Assembly (NCBI GenBank): GCA_903936775.1 | Contig: CAIZWU010000118.1 | Coordinates: forward strand, 7,952 to 71,951 | Source: an uncultured bacterium | GTDB taxonomy: Bacteria; Verrucomicrobiota; Verrucomicrobiia; Verrucomicrobiales; V1-33 | DNA: 64,000 nucleotides | Direction: 5' to 3' | Part shown: positions 40,901-49,700 of the stretch, piece after piece | Layout of the letters: each line of letters opens with the position of its first letter | Position numbering within the stretch: position 1 is the first letter of the stretch | The notes under the pieces: model-generated | What the model saw: only the letters and a program-made list of their open reading frames with translations | Database searches by the model: none | Told to the model about the DNA's origin: nothing | Position numbers and translations under genes: made by a program

Positions 40901-43642
40901 GGCGCCTGGTGTGGGGACACTTGGCGGCGCGGCGGTGGTGCCGGTGGGGAGTTGGATCCACGCTTCGCCTTCGCGGGTGGTGCCGGCGGGCAGGATGGTG
41001 TCAGGGCAATAACGTTGGCGCTCGAAGGGGTAGCCGGGGAGGGGAAGGCGGCGGCGGCGGGTGTGGTGGTGGAAGGCGGGCCAGTCGAGCGTCAGGCCGT
41101 CGGTCCAGGCTTTGCCGAGGGATTGCAGGAAGGTGGGGTATTCGTTGGCTCCGGCATTCCTGGCGGGAGGGAGCAGCGGGAGCGAAGCCGTGCTGGCGGC
41201 GGCGGGATGTTGTTTGGCGAGGGGCGCGAGGGCGGTGCCGGGACCCACTTCAAGCAAAAGGGACGGGCCGGCCTGACAGAGTGTGGCAATACCATCGGCG
41301 AAGCGGACGGTGTGGCGGATGTGGCGGACGTAGTAGGCGGGATCGGTGGCCTCGGCTCCGGTGATGAATTCCCCCGTGAGATTTGAAATGTAAGGAAGCT
41401 GCGGCGGATGGAGCGTGATGGTGTCAACGGCCGCGCGGAAGGCTTCCAGCATGGGGTCCATCATGGCGCTGTGGAAGGCGTGGCTGGTGTGGAGCTTGCG
41501 GGCAGAGTGTCCGGCGGCTTCGAGCGTCAGGGCGAAGGCCTCGATGGCTTCGGCGGGTCCGGAGACGACGCTGAGACCCGGGGCATTGAGCGCGGCAACG
41601 TCCAACGTGGAAGGTAACAGGGGCAGGAGTCCGGCCTCAGGCAGACGGATGGCCAGCATGGAACCGGGGGCCATGGAGGCCATCAGGCGGCCACGGAGCG
41701 CGACCAGTTTGGTGGCGTCTTCGAGGGACATGACACCGGCGAGGGTGGCGGCAACGTATTCCCCGATGCTGTGGCCCAGCATGGCCGATGGTGTCAGACC
41801 GAAGGAGAGGAGCAGCTTGCCGAGGGCGTATTCGACCGCGAAAAGCGCGGGCTGGGTGAAACGGGTATCGTCGAGATCCGGGATGTTATGGAGATCGAGG
41901 TCCGCTTTGGCAAAACAAACGGCGCAGGCTTCGAAGGCCTCGCGGTAAGCGGGTTCGTGGGCGTAGAGTTCCTCGCCCATGCCAGGGTGTTGCGAGCCCT
42001 GGCCCGGGAAGAGGAAGACCACGGGGGGGGGCGGCGTGTCGGTGTGCGTTGACGGCGCGGGAGTGCGCAGTTGGGCGATGGCGTCCGGGATCGAGGCGAC
42101 CGCGAGGGCCCGGCGGTGGGGGAAGGCCTGCCGGCCGGTTTGCAGGGTCCAGGCAGTGTCCGCCAGGAGGGAATTCGGGATTTCAGATTTGAAATTTGAG
42201 AGGAGGGATTCGAGGTGGGTGGCGAGGTTGTCGCAGGCGGCAGTGAGGGCGGACGGGGTTTTGGCGGAGAGGACGAGGAGTTGGTGGGACCGGGTGGGGG
42301 TTTCGGAAGGAGCGGTGGCAGGGGCTTCCTCCAGCACGACGTGGGCATTGGTGCCGCCGACGCCAAAACTGCTGACGCCGGCGCGGAGGGGGGGGGCGCT
42401 GGTCCATGCCTGGAGTTTGTCGACAATGTAGAAGGGGCTGTCTTCCAGGTTCAGCGCGGGATTGGGACGCTTGAAGTGGAGAGTAGGGGGAAGTTGGCGG
42501 TGGTGGAGGGCCAGGGTGGTTTTGATGAGGCCTCCGATACCGGCGGCGGCGTCCATGTGGCCGGTGTTGGATTTGAGGGAGCCCAGGCCACAGAAGTTTT
42601 TGCGTCCGGTGCTCAGGCGGAAGGCCTGGGTAAGGCCGGCGACTTCGATAGGATCGCCGATGGGGGTGGCGGTGCCGTGGCCTTCGACGTAGGAAATGGT
42701 GTCAGGATCGATGTTGGCGAGCGCTTGGGCGAGGGCGATGACTTCGGCGTGGCCGTCGACGCTGGGGGCAGTGAAGCTGGCTTTTCCGCCGCCGTCATTG
42801 TTGAGGGCGGCGCCCTTGATGACAGCCCAGACGTGGTCGCCCTCCCGGACGGCGTCTTCGAGGCGCTTGAGGAGAACGACGCCGAGTCCATTGGAGAAGA
42901 CGGTGCCGCGGGAGTCGGCATCGTAGGGGCGGCAGTGGCCGTCCGGAGAGTAAAGACTGCCTTCCTGGGCGGTGTAGCCGCGGTGCTGCGGCCACTTGAC
43001 GCTGACGCCTCCGGCGAGGGCGGCGTCGCAGGCGTAGGATTGCAGGGCCTGGACGGCCTGGCAGACCGCCACGAGCGAGGTGGAGCACGCGGTGTAGATA
43101 TTCAGAGCCGGGCCGCGGAGGTTGAGTTTATAAGCCGTGCGGGTGGCGAGGTAGTCCTTTTCATTGGCGATCATGGTGCCCTCATAACCAAACTGGGCGC
43201 GGAGTTCCGCATTGGGCAGGATCTGGTGCTGGACCCACGAACTGTTGGACATGCCGGCGTAGACGCCGATGGCGCCGGGGTAACGGGAGGGGTCGCAGCC
43301 GGCGTCTTCGAGGGCGTGCTGGCAGGACTCGAGGAAGAGGCGCTGCTGGGGGTCGATGACTTCGGCTTCGCGCGGATTGATATTGAAGAAAGCGGCATCA
43401 AACCATTCAGGTTTTTCCAGGACCCCGCGGCGGGGGACGTAGTCAGGGTCGAGTTTGTTTTCCTCGGTGGGGATCTCTTCGACAGGGATGGTGGAGATGG
43501 TTTCGCGGCCGGCGGTGAGGTTTTCCCAGAAGGCGCTGAGGGTTTCCGCTCCGGGAAAACGCCCGGCCATGCCGACGATGGCGATGCCTTCGAGGGAGGG
43601 GGCGGCAGCTGGAGGGGACTGGGAGTCGGAGAAGCTGCTCAT
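34988..43642 (-). CDS. hybrid PKS-NRPS megasynthase: KS-AT-ACP-aminotransferase-C-A-T-TE
   Basis: 2884 aa from ATG 43642 (the track ORF extends to 43894 as Pro-rich read-through). Approximate domains follow. KS 42323-43594 (TACSTS, EGHGTAT, SNTGH). AT 41123-42022 (GHSIGE, HAFH). ACP 40613-40840 (LGFDS). Class-III PLP aminotransferase 38978-40345 (AFCNTGSEA, YGKIIGGGMP). C 37658-38959 (HHIICDGWS). A 36113-37585 (LIYTSGSTGLPKG, NGYGPTE, ANGKID; hand-read code DALWLGGTFK). T 35849-36070 (FFDTGGTS). TE 35018-35800 (GYSFGG, plus downstream Asp and His). Confidence 0.95.
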   Translation of the reverse strand: MSSFSDSQSPPAAAPSLEGIAIVGMAGRFPGAETLSAFWENLTAGRETISTIPVEEIPTEENKLDPDYVPRRGVLEKPEWFDAAFFNINPREAEVIDPQQRLFLESCQHALEDAGCDPSRYPGAIGVYAGMSNSSWVQHQILPNAELRAQFGYEGTMIANEKDYLATRTAYKLNLRGPALNIYTACSTSLVAVCQAVQALQSYACDAALAGGVSVKWPQHRGYTAQEGSLYSPDGHCRPYDADSRGTVFSNGLGVVLLKRLEDAVREGDHVWAVIKGAALNNDGGGKASFTAPSVDGHAEVIALAQALANIDPDTISYVEGHGTATPIGDPIEVAGLTQAFRLSTGRKNFCGLGSLKSNTGHMDAAAGIGGLIKTTLALHHRQLPPTLHFKRPNPALNLEDSPFYIVDKLQAWTSAPPLRAGVSSFGVGGTNAHVVLEEAPATAPSETPTRSHQLLVLSAKTPSALTAACDNLATHLESLLSNFKSEIPNSLLADTAWTLQTGRQAFPHRRALAVASIPDAIAQLRTPAPSTHTDTPPPPVVFLFPGQGSQHPGMGEELYAHEPAYREAFEACAVCFAKADLDLHNIPDLDDTRFTQPALFAVEYALGKLLLSFGLTPSAMLGHSIGEYVAATLAGVMSLEDATKLVALRGRLMASMAPGSMLAIRLPEAGLLPLLPSTLDVAALNAPGLSVVSGPAEAIEAFALTLEAAGHSARKLHTSHAFHSAMMDPMLEAFRAAVDTITLHPPQLPYISNLTGEFITGAEATDPAYYVRHIRHTVRFADGIATLCQAGPSLLLEVGPGTALAPLAKQHPAAASTASLPLLPPARNAGANEYPTFLQSLGKAWTDGLTLDWPAFHHHTRRRRLPLPGYPFERQRYCPDTILPAGTTREGEAWIQLPTGTTAAPPSVPTPGATAAGIPEVLVSEAPISAAVSRHAHLVEELRTQLHQISGIDTATADPATPFLDLGFDSLFLTSASNSLKKHFGLKITFRQLMEDQASIADLATWLDAQLPSDKFPPATPAPALQNSPPAAGLSATPATGSTADRLAVIEQQISALRTSLQPGAFSSSPTASAYTVPVKTLKGSDGRKIAFGPFKPIERAKDGSLTPLQQAHLTGLIAAYTAKYPKAKAFTADHRDVLADPRAVAGFNLLWKDMVFPAVTDRSEGAYLWDTDGHRWIDVVHGFGLGFFGHRPKFVTDALHAQIDLGFEIGPTSPLAGEVAHLIRGFSGQERVAFCNTGSEALMAAIRTSRTISGRNIIAMFAGGYHGIFDEVLARPLVINGELRSIPIAPGIPDLAQASILVLEYDNPESLEILQRYGHDIACVLVEPVMSRRPDVVPIDFVQKLRAITRDTGTALVFDEVVLGFRTGPGGAQAHFGIQADLVAYGKIIGGGMPLGVICGQRKYMDALDGGAWQYGDDSMPEVGVTFFAGTFIRHPLTLAAARAVLLKLKEIGPTLQQAVELKTRDFVDRLNALFESTGVPLKSTRFSSMWMLNADPGLKYSGLLYYHLRLRGIHLWEGRPGFLSVAHTAQDVEEILTAFADSISALQRGGFFPHPEAVTAPLIPAQQEMFLASRMSPGASLACHESLTVDFSGPLQPAALEAALQQLARRHESLRTGFDAAGGQMMISPGGALPLVQEDLSSLPEEEASRRGEEAGRREFLTPFDLARPPLMRALLLKLGPDRHRLTLTAHHIICDGWSYGVLMHELPLFYRSACGESLPALAPAPSYAAYAETRTDAASRGEFEEARAWWRGQFATLPQPLELPADLPRRADTPLDADSLEIPLPAALTARLRNFCRANKVTPYVAFLTAWQCLLGRLTGQDDVVIGTPLANQPASGNPGLVGHCVQFLPLRLTLPEGSTATSLLALTRQQFLAAQEHLDCTLGEVLDLLPGLTAAGRSGFVRTTFTLEPAAGPLDLGGGLHGEFQLNAKRRLGFDLSLFAFQTNEGFRLLCVYRNHLFHPSTVARWMQYYQVLLEGMIAAPATPVRQLPLLSAAQREEILTTFNDTGCPPPPPRTAAALFEEIAAVRPDQPAILQEDRVWTYRHLNTTANRIASILTANGVARGDRIAVYAGKSFELVAGLLGILKAGAAYVPVDPSYPKERVEFLLRDAGIRLVLTDSWHAPAVPGGIQTLLLEEAIQGEDRGNPNPGTGPEDIAYLIYTSGSTGLPKGNPVPHRGIVRLVRNTNYAVLDDQQTFLLAAALSFDASTLELWGPLLNGGRLALLPDGQMSLEAIGDAIRRHGVTTLWLTSGLFSMMVDERLDDLKSLRQLLAGGDVLSPAHVRKAMAALPETRIINGYGPTENTTFTCCHTLTPEDAASGIIPIGKPVAHTTVYVLDAEGQPAPPGVPGELWTGGEGLAPGYWNRPELTAKTFVRNPFSADPEATLYRTGDLVRWRVDGVLEFLGRIDTQVKIRGFRIEPGEVENILGRHLSVEKCCVAAVGETAAGKRLVAWVVVRPELPATPKTLREAVRQQLPEYMVPSVILLVDSLPVTANGKIDYRALPLPEASATPDKKWTPPQTATEIRLASLWQQVLGTNHIGPDTDFFDTGGTSLNGLRLIQKIRQDFSVTLPLGALFKSPTLSRLSEAIDHASANPLLRPAGDALACLQRGLDAPPLFLLHGGDGGALFYRALLPGLGPETPVYILESPALTDDDWLLARKNVEATAHHFITLMQTVQAEGPYRIGGYSFGGLVAYEMAQQLRATGQSTEHLILFDTENPGVGVRMLTLTERLAAGWRQGGQDFSGKVKGLGGRIGTGLKGKLNRDAEAAEARTLLDSGTAASGHLRIIQVRLTHIDAIQDYKVRPYPGSMVLLRSTAENDKYERLPDYGWGTAVASLQIRDVRGNHLELFDPENAGVLATQLRQALEGKVPARPFQLH
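42176..42204. repeat. AT-rich tandem-heptamer tract, copy 4 (ATTTCAG ATTTGAA ATTTGAG), in the KS-AT linker of the hybrid gene
   Basis: Plus strand cgggATTTCAGATTTGAAATTTGAGagga. It matches copy 1 at 28 of 29 nt but is translated in a different frame (LLSNFKSEIP). Confidence 0.8.
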
Positions 43643-43700
43643 GGGGAAAAGGACAAGATGGGCGGAAAGGCCGGAAGGGCTGAGGGGCTGAGGGGCGTGG

Positions 43701-46700
43701 TTAACGGCGGGCGGCGGCGGCCCGTTGGGCAGCGGCGCGGGCGGCGGCAGCGCGGGATGGGATGTCGTGGGCGGGCGGGGTGCCGGCCGGGGAGGGTGCC
43801 GGGGAAAGCCAGGCCGCAAGGGTGGCGATAGTGGGGTATTGGAAGAGGGCGGTGATGGGAAGGGGGCGGGCAAGTTCCTGACTGGTGGCGGCATGGACGC
43901 GGAGCATCAGAAGGGAGTGGCCGCCGAGGTCGAAGAAGTTGTCCATGGTGCTGATGCTGGTCAGGCCGAAGGCGCGCTGCCAGATGGCGGCGAGGCGTTG
44001 CTCCATGGGGGTGGACGGGGATTTGAAATTTGAAGTTTCAAGTTTGGGAGCGGCCGCGGGGGGAGAACACTGGGGGGGAAGCGGCAAGGCGGCGAGGTGT
44101 TGTGAGAGCGGTGCCCCGGGGTGGGTGGCGAAAGATTGAAGGAGGGTGGTGAAGGAAGCCACGATCTGCCGGGCGCGGGGGGCGGAGCAGGCGGCTTCCT
44201 GATAAACGAGGAGAAGATCCCAGGAGGCAGCGGAAGGGGTGACAACCACGGTGAGGGGGAAGTTGGTGTGGATGGGGCCGTCGAAATCTGAGAGGGTGGT
44301 CCGGGAGCCGAGTTGGGTGAGGGTCCCGTCGATTTGATAGTTCTGGAAGACGAGGAGGCTCTCAAAGAGGCGGAACCGCCACGGGACCGCGGAGCAGTCC
44401 TGGATGCGCGGGAGCGGGGTGGACTGGTGGGCGGCGAGATCGGTGAGGTGGTGGTGGACGCTGCGGAGGAAGTCGCTGGCGGGGAGGGCAGGATCGATTT
44501 TCGAGCGGACGGGGAGGTTATTGACGAAAGGTCCGGGGATGCGGTCGGCCCCGGGGAGGTCAGCCGGACGGCCGGAGAACGCCGAGCCGTGGACGACATC
44601 CTGGCTGCCGGCGGCGTGGGAGAGCAGGGCGGCCCAGGCGGCCTGGACGAGGACGCCGGGCGTGAGGCCGAGGCCGCGCGCGGCAGCCGTCAGGGAGGCG
44701 GAGGTTTCCGGGGAAAGGGTGGCGCGGGCTTCGGCCGTGCGCCGGGAAGTGCGGGGTCCGGGGAGGGCCTCGACCGGAATGGGGGTAGGAGCTTCAATCC
44801 CGGCCAGGGTGGCTTGCCAGAAGGGGTCGGAGCTGGCTTCGGGTTGGCGCTCCAGCCAAGCGAGGTAGTCACGGTAGGGCTGCGGGGACGGGAGGCCGGG
44901 GTTCCCTCCGGAGGTTAGCGCACGGTAGGTGGCAGCGGCTTCCGCGAAGACGACAGGCCAGGACCAGCCGTCAAGTTGGAGGCCGGGGACAGACCAGCAG
45001 AAGAAGTGATCCTCCGGGGAGAGGCGCATCAGGGTGAAACGGCCACAGGGCGCCTTGGTGAGGTCGTTGACGAGGGAGGCGTCCGAAGTGAGGAAATGAG
45101 TGATGCAGCCGGGACCACTGGATTCAAGGAAGTTGAATTCCGGGACCGCGGTGCGGTGCACCATCATGACGGCGTGCGGCAGGCCGGCACTGTGGAAGGT
45201 GGAGCGCAGGATGGTATGGCGTTGGACCACTTGGGCCCAGGCGGCCTGGAGCGCGGAGACGTCCAGCGGTCCGCCGATGCGGCAACACCATTGATCGAAG
45301 CCGGCGTTGGGTTTGGTGAGGGCGGCATGGTGGAACAGCCGCTGCATGGGGGAGAGGCGGCAGATGTCTTCCGGGCCCGGATGGGCGGCGAGGAGGGCAT
45401 CGAGGCTGGCCTGATCCAGGTGGGCGAGGGGAAAATCGGACGGCGTGCAGCGGGGAGTGGTGATGGTCAGGCAATGACCGATGACCTGATGGAGGGCGGT
45501 GAGGAAGGCTTCGGCGAAAGCCGTGAGGCTTTCCGGGGTGTGGGCCGGGGCAGCACTGGTGAAGGTAGTTTCCAGGCGGCTACCGATGACCATGGCGTTG
45601 ATTTCGGTGGCGTGGGCGCGGGTGGCGCGGGGGCTGTGCCAGGGGCCGGTGGATTCCGGGGCAAAGGAGAAGAGGGCACTGCCGGAAGTGAGGGCGTCGA
45701 ATTGCCCCAGGTAGTTGAAGACGAGGGTGGAGGAAGCGTTTTCAGTGGCTTGCCACTGATGGCTGGCGCCGTTGTCGGGGAGGGCGCGGAGGTGTTCTTT
45801 GATGAATGGAATAGCCTGGGCGGGGTCGGTTGACGGGACGGTGAGGTGGAGGGGGAAAAGGGCGGTGAACCAACCGATGGTGCGGTCCAACGGCAGGCCG
45901 GGCGCGAGGGTCTCTTCCCGGCCGTGACCTTCCAGATGCAGGGACAGGGTGGGGGCGGATGCCGTGGCCTGATGAGCCAGCGTCAGGGCTGTCAGCAGAA
46001 GGTCGTTGATGCGGGTGCGGTAGGCGGCGGGGGCGCGGTGGAGGAGGGCGGTGGTGTTGGCCTCGTCGAGGGCGACGGTGTGGGCAAAGGTGCCGGATTC
46101 GAGTGTTAGGTCAGCTTCCGGGACGGGCTGGATGGTGGACCAGTAATGGAGGCTTGGGCGGGCTTCCGGGGTGGTGGGCCAGTGGGCGAGTTGGCGGGCC
46201 CACTGCGGCCAGGTGGCGGTGGGGGCTGGGAGCGGCTGGCCGGTCAGGAGGGACTCGAGGTCTTCCAGAAGGATACGCCAGGACACGCCGTCGATGGCGA
46301 GGTGGTGGACGGCGAGGCAGAGGCGGCCGGGGCGGTCTTCGCCCGCGTCGAAGAGGGCGGCGCGGATGATCGGGCCGGTTTGGTGGTTGAGGGTGGTCTG
46401 CAGCTGGGCGCAGTGGGATTCCAAGCCGGTGAGATCCGGATAGGTGGTGAGGAGGTGGGCGGTTTCCTCCGGGGCGATGGAAGGCGTCCAAGTGTTGTTT
46501 TCCTGATGGAATCTCAGGCGCAGCGCGGGATGGCGGGCGGTGAGTTCACGGAGGACGCGGTGAAGGCATTCGGGATCGGGGCGGTCACTGAGGGTGAAGA
46601 GGAACGATTGGTTCCAGTGGTGGGAATCAGCTAGGTTTTGAGCGAAGAACCAGCGCTGGATGGGCGTGAGGGGGAAGGGGGCGGTGAGGTCGTCCGGGGA

Positions 46701-49700
46701 TGATTGAAGACTTGAGATATGAGATTGGAGCGGGGGCGCAACGCTGGCGAGAGAGGCGATCGTGGGGTGCTCGAAGAGTTGCCGCGGGGTGAGGGCGAGG
46801 CCGGCTTCGCGGGCCCGGGCGATGACTTGGATGGAAAGGATGGAATCGCCTCCGATCTCGAAAAAGTTGTCGGTGGTGCTGACGCGGTCGAGGCGGAGGA
46901 CCGCAGACCAGATGAGGGTCAGGACTGCCTCGGAGGGGGTGACGGGGGCTTGGAACGGGCGGGTGGTGGCGGGGCCGTCAGCGGCGGGCGCGGGGAGGGC
47001 CTTGCGGTCGAGTTTTCCGTTCGGAGTGATAGGAAACTTTTCCAGGAAGACGAAAGCGGCCGGGATCATGTAGTCCGGGACGCGGGTTTTGAGGAGGGCG
47101 CGGAGCTCATCCGGGGACGGTGGGTCGGCGGGGTCGGCAGGGACGAGGTAGGCGCAGAGGCGTTTGCCGCCGGGGCAGTCTTCGCGGGCGAGAACGGTGG
47201 CTTCCTCGACCGCGGGATGGGAAGTCAGGATATTTTCGATTTCACCCAGCTCGATGCGGAAGCCGCGGATTTTGACCTGGTGGTCGATGCGGCCGAGGTA
47301 TTCGATGTCGGGACTGGCGGCCCCGGGAATGAAGCGGGCTAGGTCGCCGGTTTTGTAGAGCCGCCCGTGGCCGGTCAGGTGGTTGGGGAGGAAACGGTCG
47401 GCGGTCAGTTCATCCCTCCGGAGGTAGCCGGTGGCGAGGCCAGCTCCGCCGACATACATCTCGCCGGGAACGCCGATGGGGACCGGTTGGCCATTGCCAG
47501 GATCGAGGATGTAGAGCTGGAGATCCGGGATGGGGATGCCGATGACGGAGCCACTCTCCAAATCCCGGGAGGACAGGGGGCGGTAGGTGACATGGACCGT
47601 CGTCTCCGTGATCCCATACATGTTGACGAGAACCGGGGCGGTGTCGCCGTGCCGGTCGAACCATGGTTTGAGGCTCTGCATTTCGAGGGCTTCGCCCCCG
47701 AAGATCACGTAGCGGAGGGACTGGGCCGGGAGGCCAGGATGGGTGGCGCGGGCGCGGGGTCCGGCCTGGATGAGTTGGCGGAAGGCGCTGGGGGTTTGGT
47801 TGAGGACGGTGACTTGTTCCTGACAGAGGAGGGCAAAGAACTCGTCAGGGCTGCGGCTGGTGAGCCAGGGGACGACGACAAGGCGGCCTCCGAAGAGGAG
47901 GGCGCCCCAGAGTTCCCAGACGCTGAAATCGAAGGCGGTGGAGTGGAAAAGGGTCCAAACGTCGTTTTCGTTGAAGCCATACCAGGGGTCGGTGGCTTTC
48001 ATGAGGCGGACCACGTTGCGGTGGGTGATCTGGCAGCCTTTGGGGAGGCCGGTGGAGCCGCTGGTGTATATGATGTAGGCCAGCGAGTCCGGGTCGGTGG
48101 GGATCCGGGATTTGAGATTTGAAATTTGAGAGGAAGCCGCGAAACCGATGTCTTCGATGAAGAGGGTAGTGGCGGGGTTTCCGGGGATTTTGGAGGCGAG
48201 GGGGCGCTCGGTCAGGAGGACGGGGGCCCGGGCGTCCTCCAGCATGAAGGCGAGGCGCGCGGGCGGGTAGGCGAGGTCGATCGGAAGGTAGGCGGCGCCG
48301 GCTTTGAGGATGCCGAGCAGTGACGCGATGAGCGGGGCGCGGCGGTCCATGCAGAGGCCGACGAAGTCACCAGGCTTGACGCCGGCGGTGATGAGAGCCT
48401 GGGCGACGAGGGTGGAGCGGCGGTCGAGTTCCGCGTAGGTCCAGGTGGCGTCTTCGGCGGTGACGGCGGTGCGGTTGGGATATTGCGCGGCGGTTTGGCT
48501 GAACCAGCCGTGGAGGGTGGTGTCCGAGTCAACCTGGGGGTCGGTGGGTTGCCAGTCCTGGAGGAGGAATTGGCGTTCGGCCGGAGTGATGAGGTGGAAC
48601 TTGGAAAGCGCGGTGGTCAGAGGGAGGGTGGCGAATTGCTCAAGGAGCTGGGCCATGTGGCCGAGGAGGCGTTGGATGGTTTCGTGGTCGAAGGTGGCGG
48701 GCTGATAGGCGCAATGGAGGCGGAGGGCGTGGGAGCCGTAAACGGCCAGGGTGAGGGGGACGCTGGTGAGTTCGTGGAGCTCGAAGGTGCGGTGGGCAAA
48801 GGCCGGTCCGCCGGTGGCGCGGAGCGTGTTGGTGTAGTCGTCGTTTTCGAAGACTAGGAGGTGGTTGAATGGAACCTGGGTGGCGCTGAGGCCGCAACTG
48901 CGGCGGATGAAGGAAAGCGGGGTCTGCTCGTGGGGACGGAGGTCGAGCCAGTGCTGGCGGAGCGACTGGAGGAGCGTGAGGAGGGGTTGGTTGGAGGGAA
49001 GATCGGCTTTGAGGGGGAGGGTGTTGATGAGGAGGCCGATGGTATTTTCCGAGTCCGGCACGGGAGTGTGGCGGCAGGCGCGGGTGGCTCCGAAAATGAT
49101 ACGGTCTTCCCCGGCGTAACGGCCCAGCAGGAGCGCGAAGGCCGCTTGGACAAAAGTATTTAACGTGAAGCCATGGGTGGCGGCGAGGTGGCGCAGGGTG
49201 GCAGTCAGGGAAGCGGGAAAGTGGAGATCGGCTTCTGCCTGGGGGGAGCGGGAGGAAACAGAATCAGCCGCGCCTGCAGGACTGGGACGGTGATTGGCGA
49301 TGGGCCTGATGACGTGATCGACGATCAGGGGGGTGGGGCCGGTGATGCCGCTGAGGTGGGACTGCCAGAAAGGAATGGAGGGCGTGTGGTCGAGCGAGGC
49401 TTGCCAGCGATTGTGGGATTGGAAGGACGGGCGGGATGGAGGGGGTTCCTGTGAGGGAATGTCGTAGCGGGAGAAGACTTCCTGGAGCAGGGCGGTGATG
49501 GCCCTGCCGTCGATCAGAATGTGATGGAACGTCCAGATGAGATGGTAATGCTCTGGCGACTGGCGGATAAGGGTGAGGCGTTGCAGGGGGCCTGCGGTCA
49601 GGTGAAGAGGGGTGGTGCGGTCATTTTCGAGGAAAGCGGCGACATCTGAGGAGTCCAGTTCTTGCCAGGGAACGGGGAGGGTATCGTGGACGGTGGCGGC

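Noticed and set aside
41378-41397. A fifth heptamer-like tract (gagATTTGAAATGTAAGgaag) inside the AT domain.
   Set aside because: It encodes YISNLTG, a conserved acyltransferase protein motif (xSN[VL]TG). Protein-level conservation is sufficient to explain it, so I did not count it with the four linker tracts. A weak look-alike in the ACP-AMT linker (gaaatttgtcagaggga, 40591-40607) was too degenerate to call.
43643-43894. An 84-codon N-terminal extension of the hybrid PKS-NRPS ORF, overlapping the 3' end of the upstream NRPS gene.
   Set aside because: The translation is Pro-rich nonsense (MPPPVRNLPAPFPSPP...). The KS homology begins right after ATG 43642 (MSSFSDS...GIAIVGMAGRFPGA). Starting there leaves a normal 58-nt intergenic gap.
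42176-48134. Interpreting SNLKS / SNFKS as a conserved linker peptide motif.
   Set aside because: The near-identical 29-nt strings of copies 1 and 4 are translated in different reading frames. The conservation is therefore at the nucleotide level, not the peptide level.
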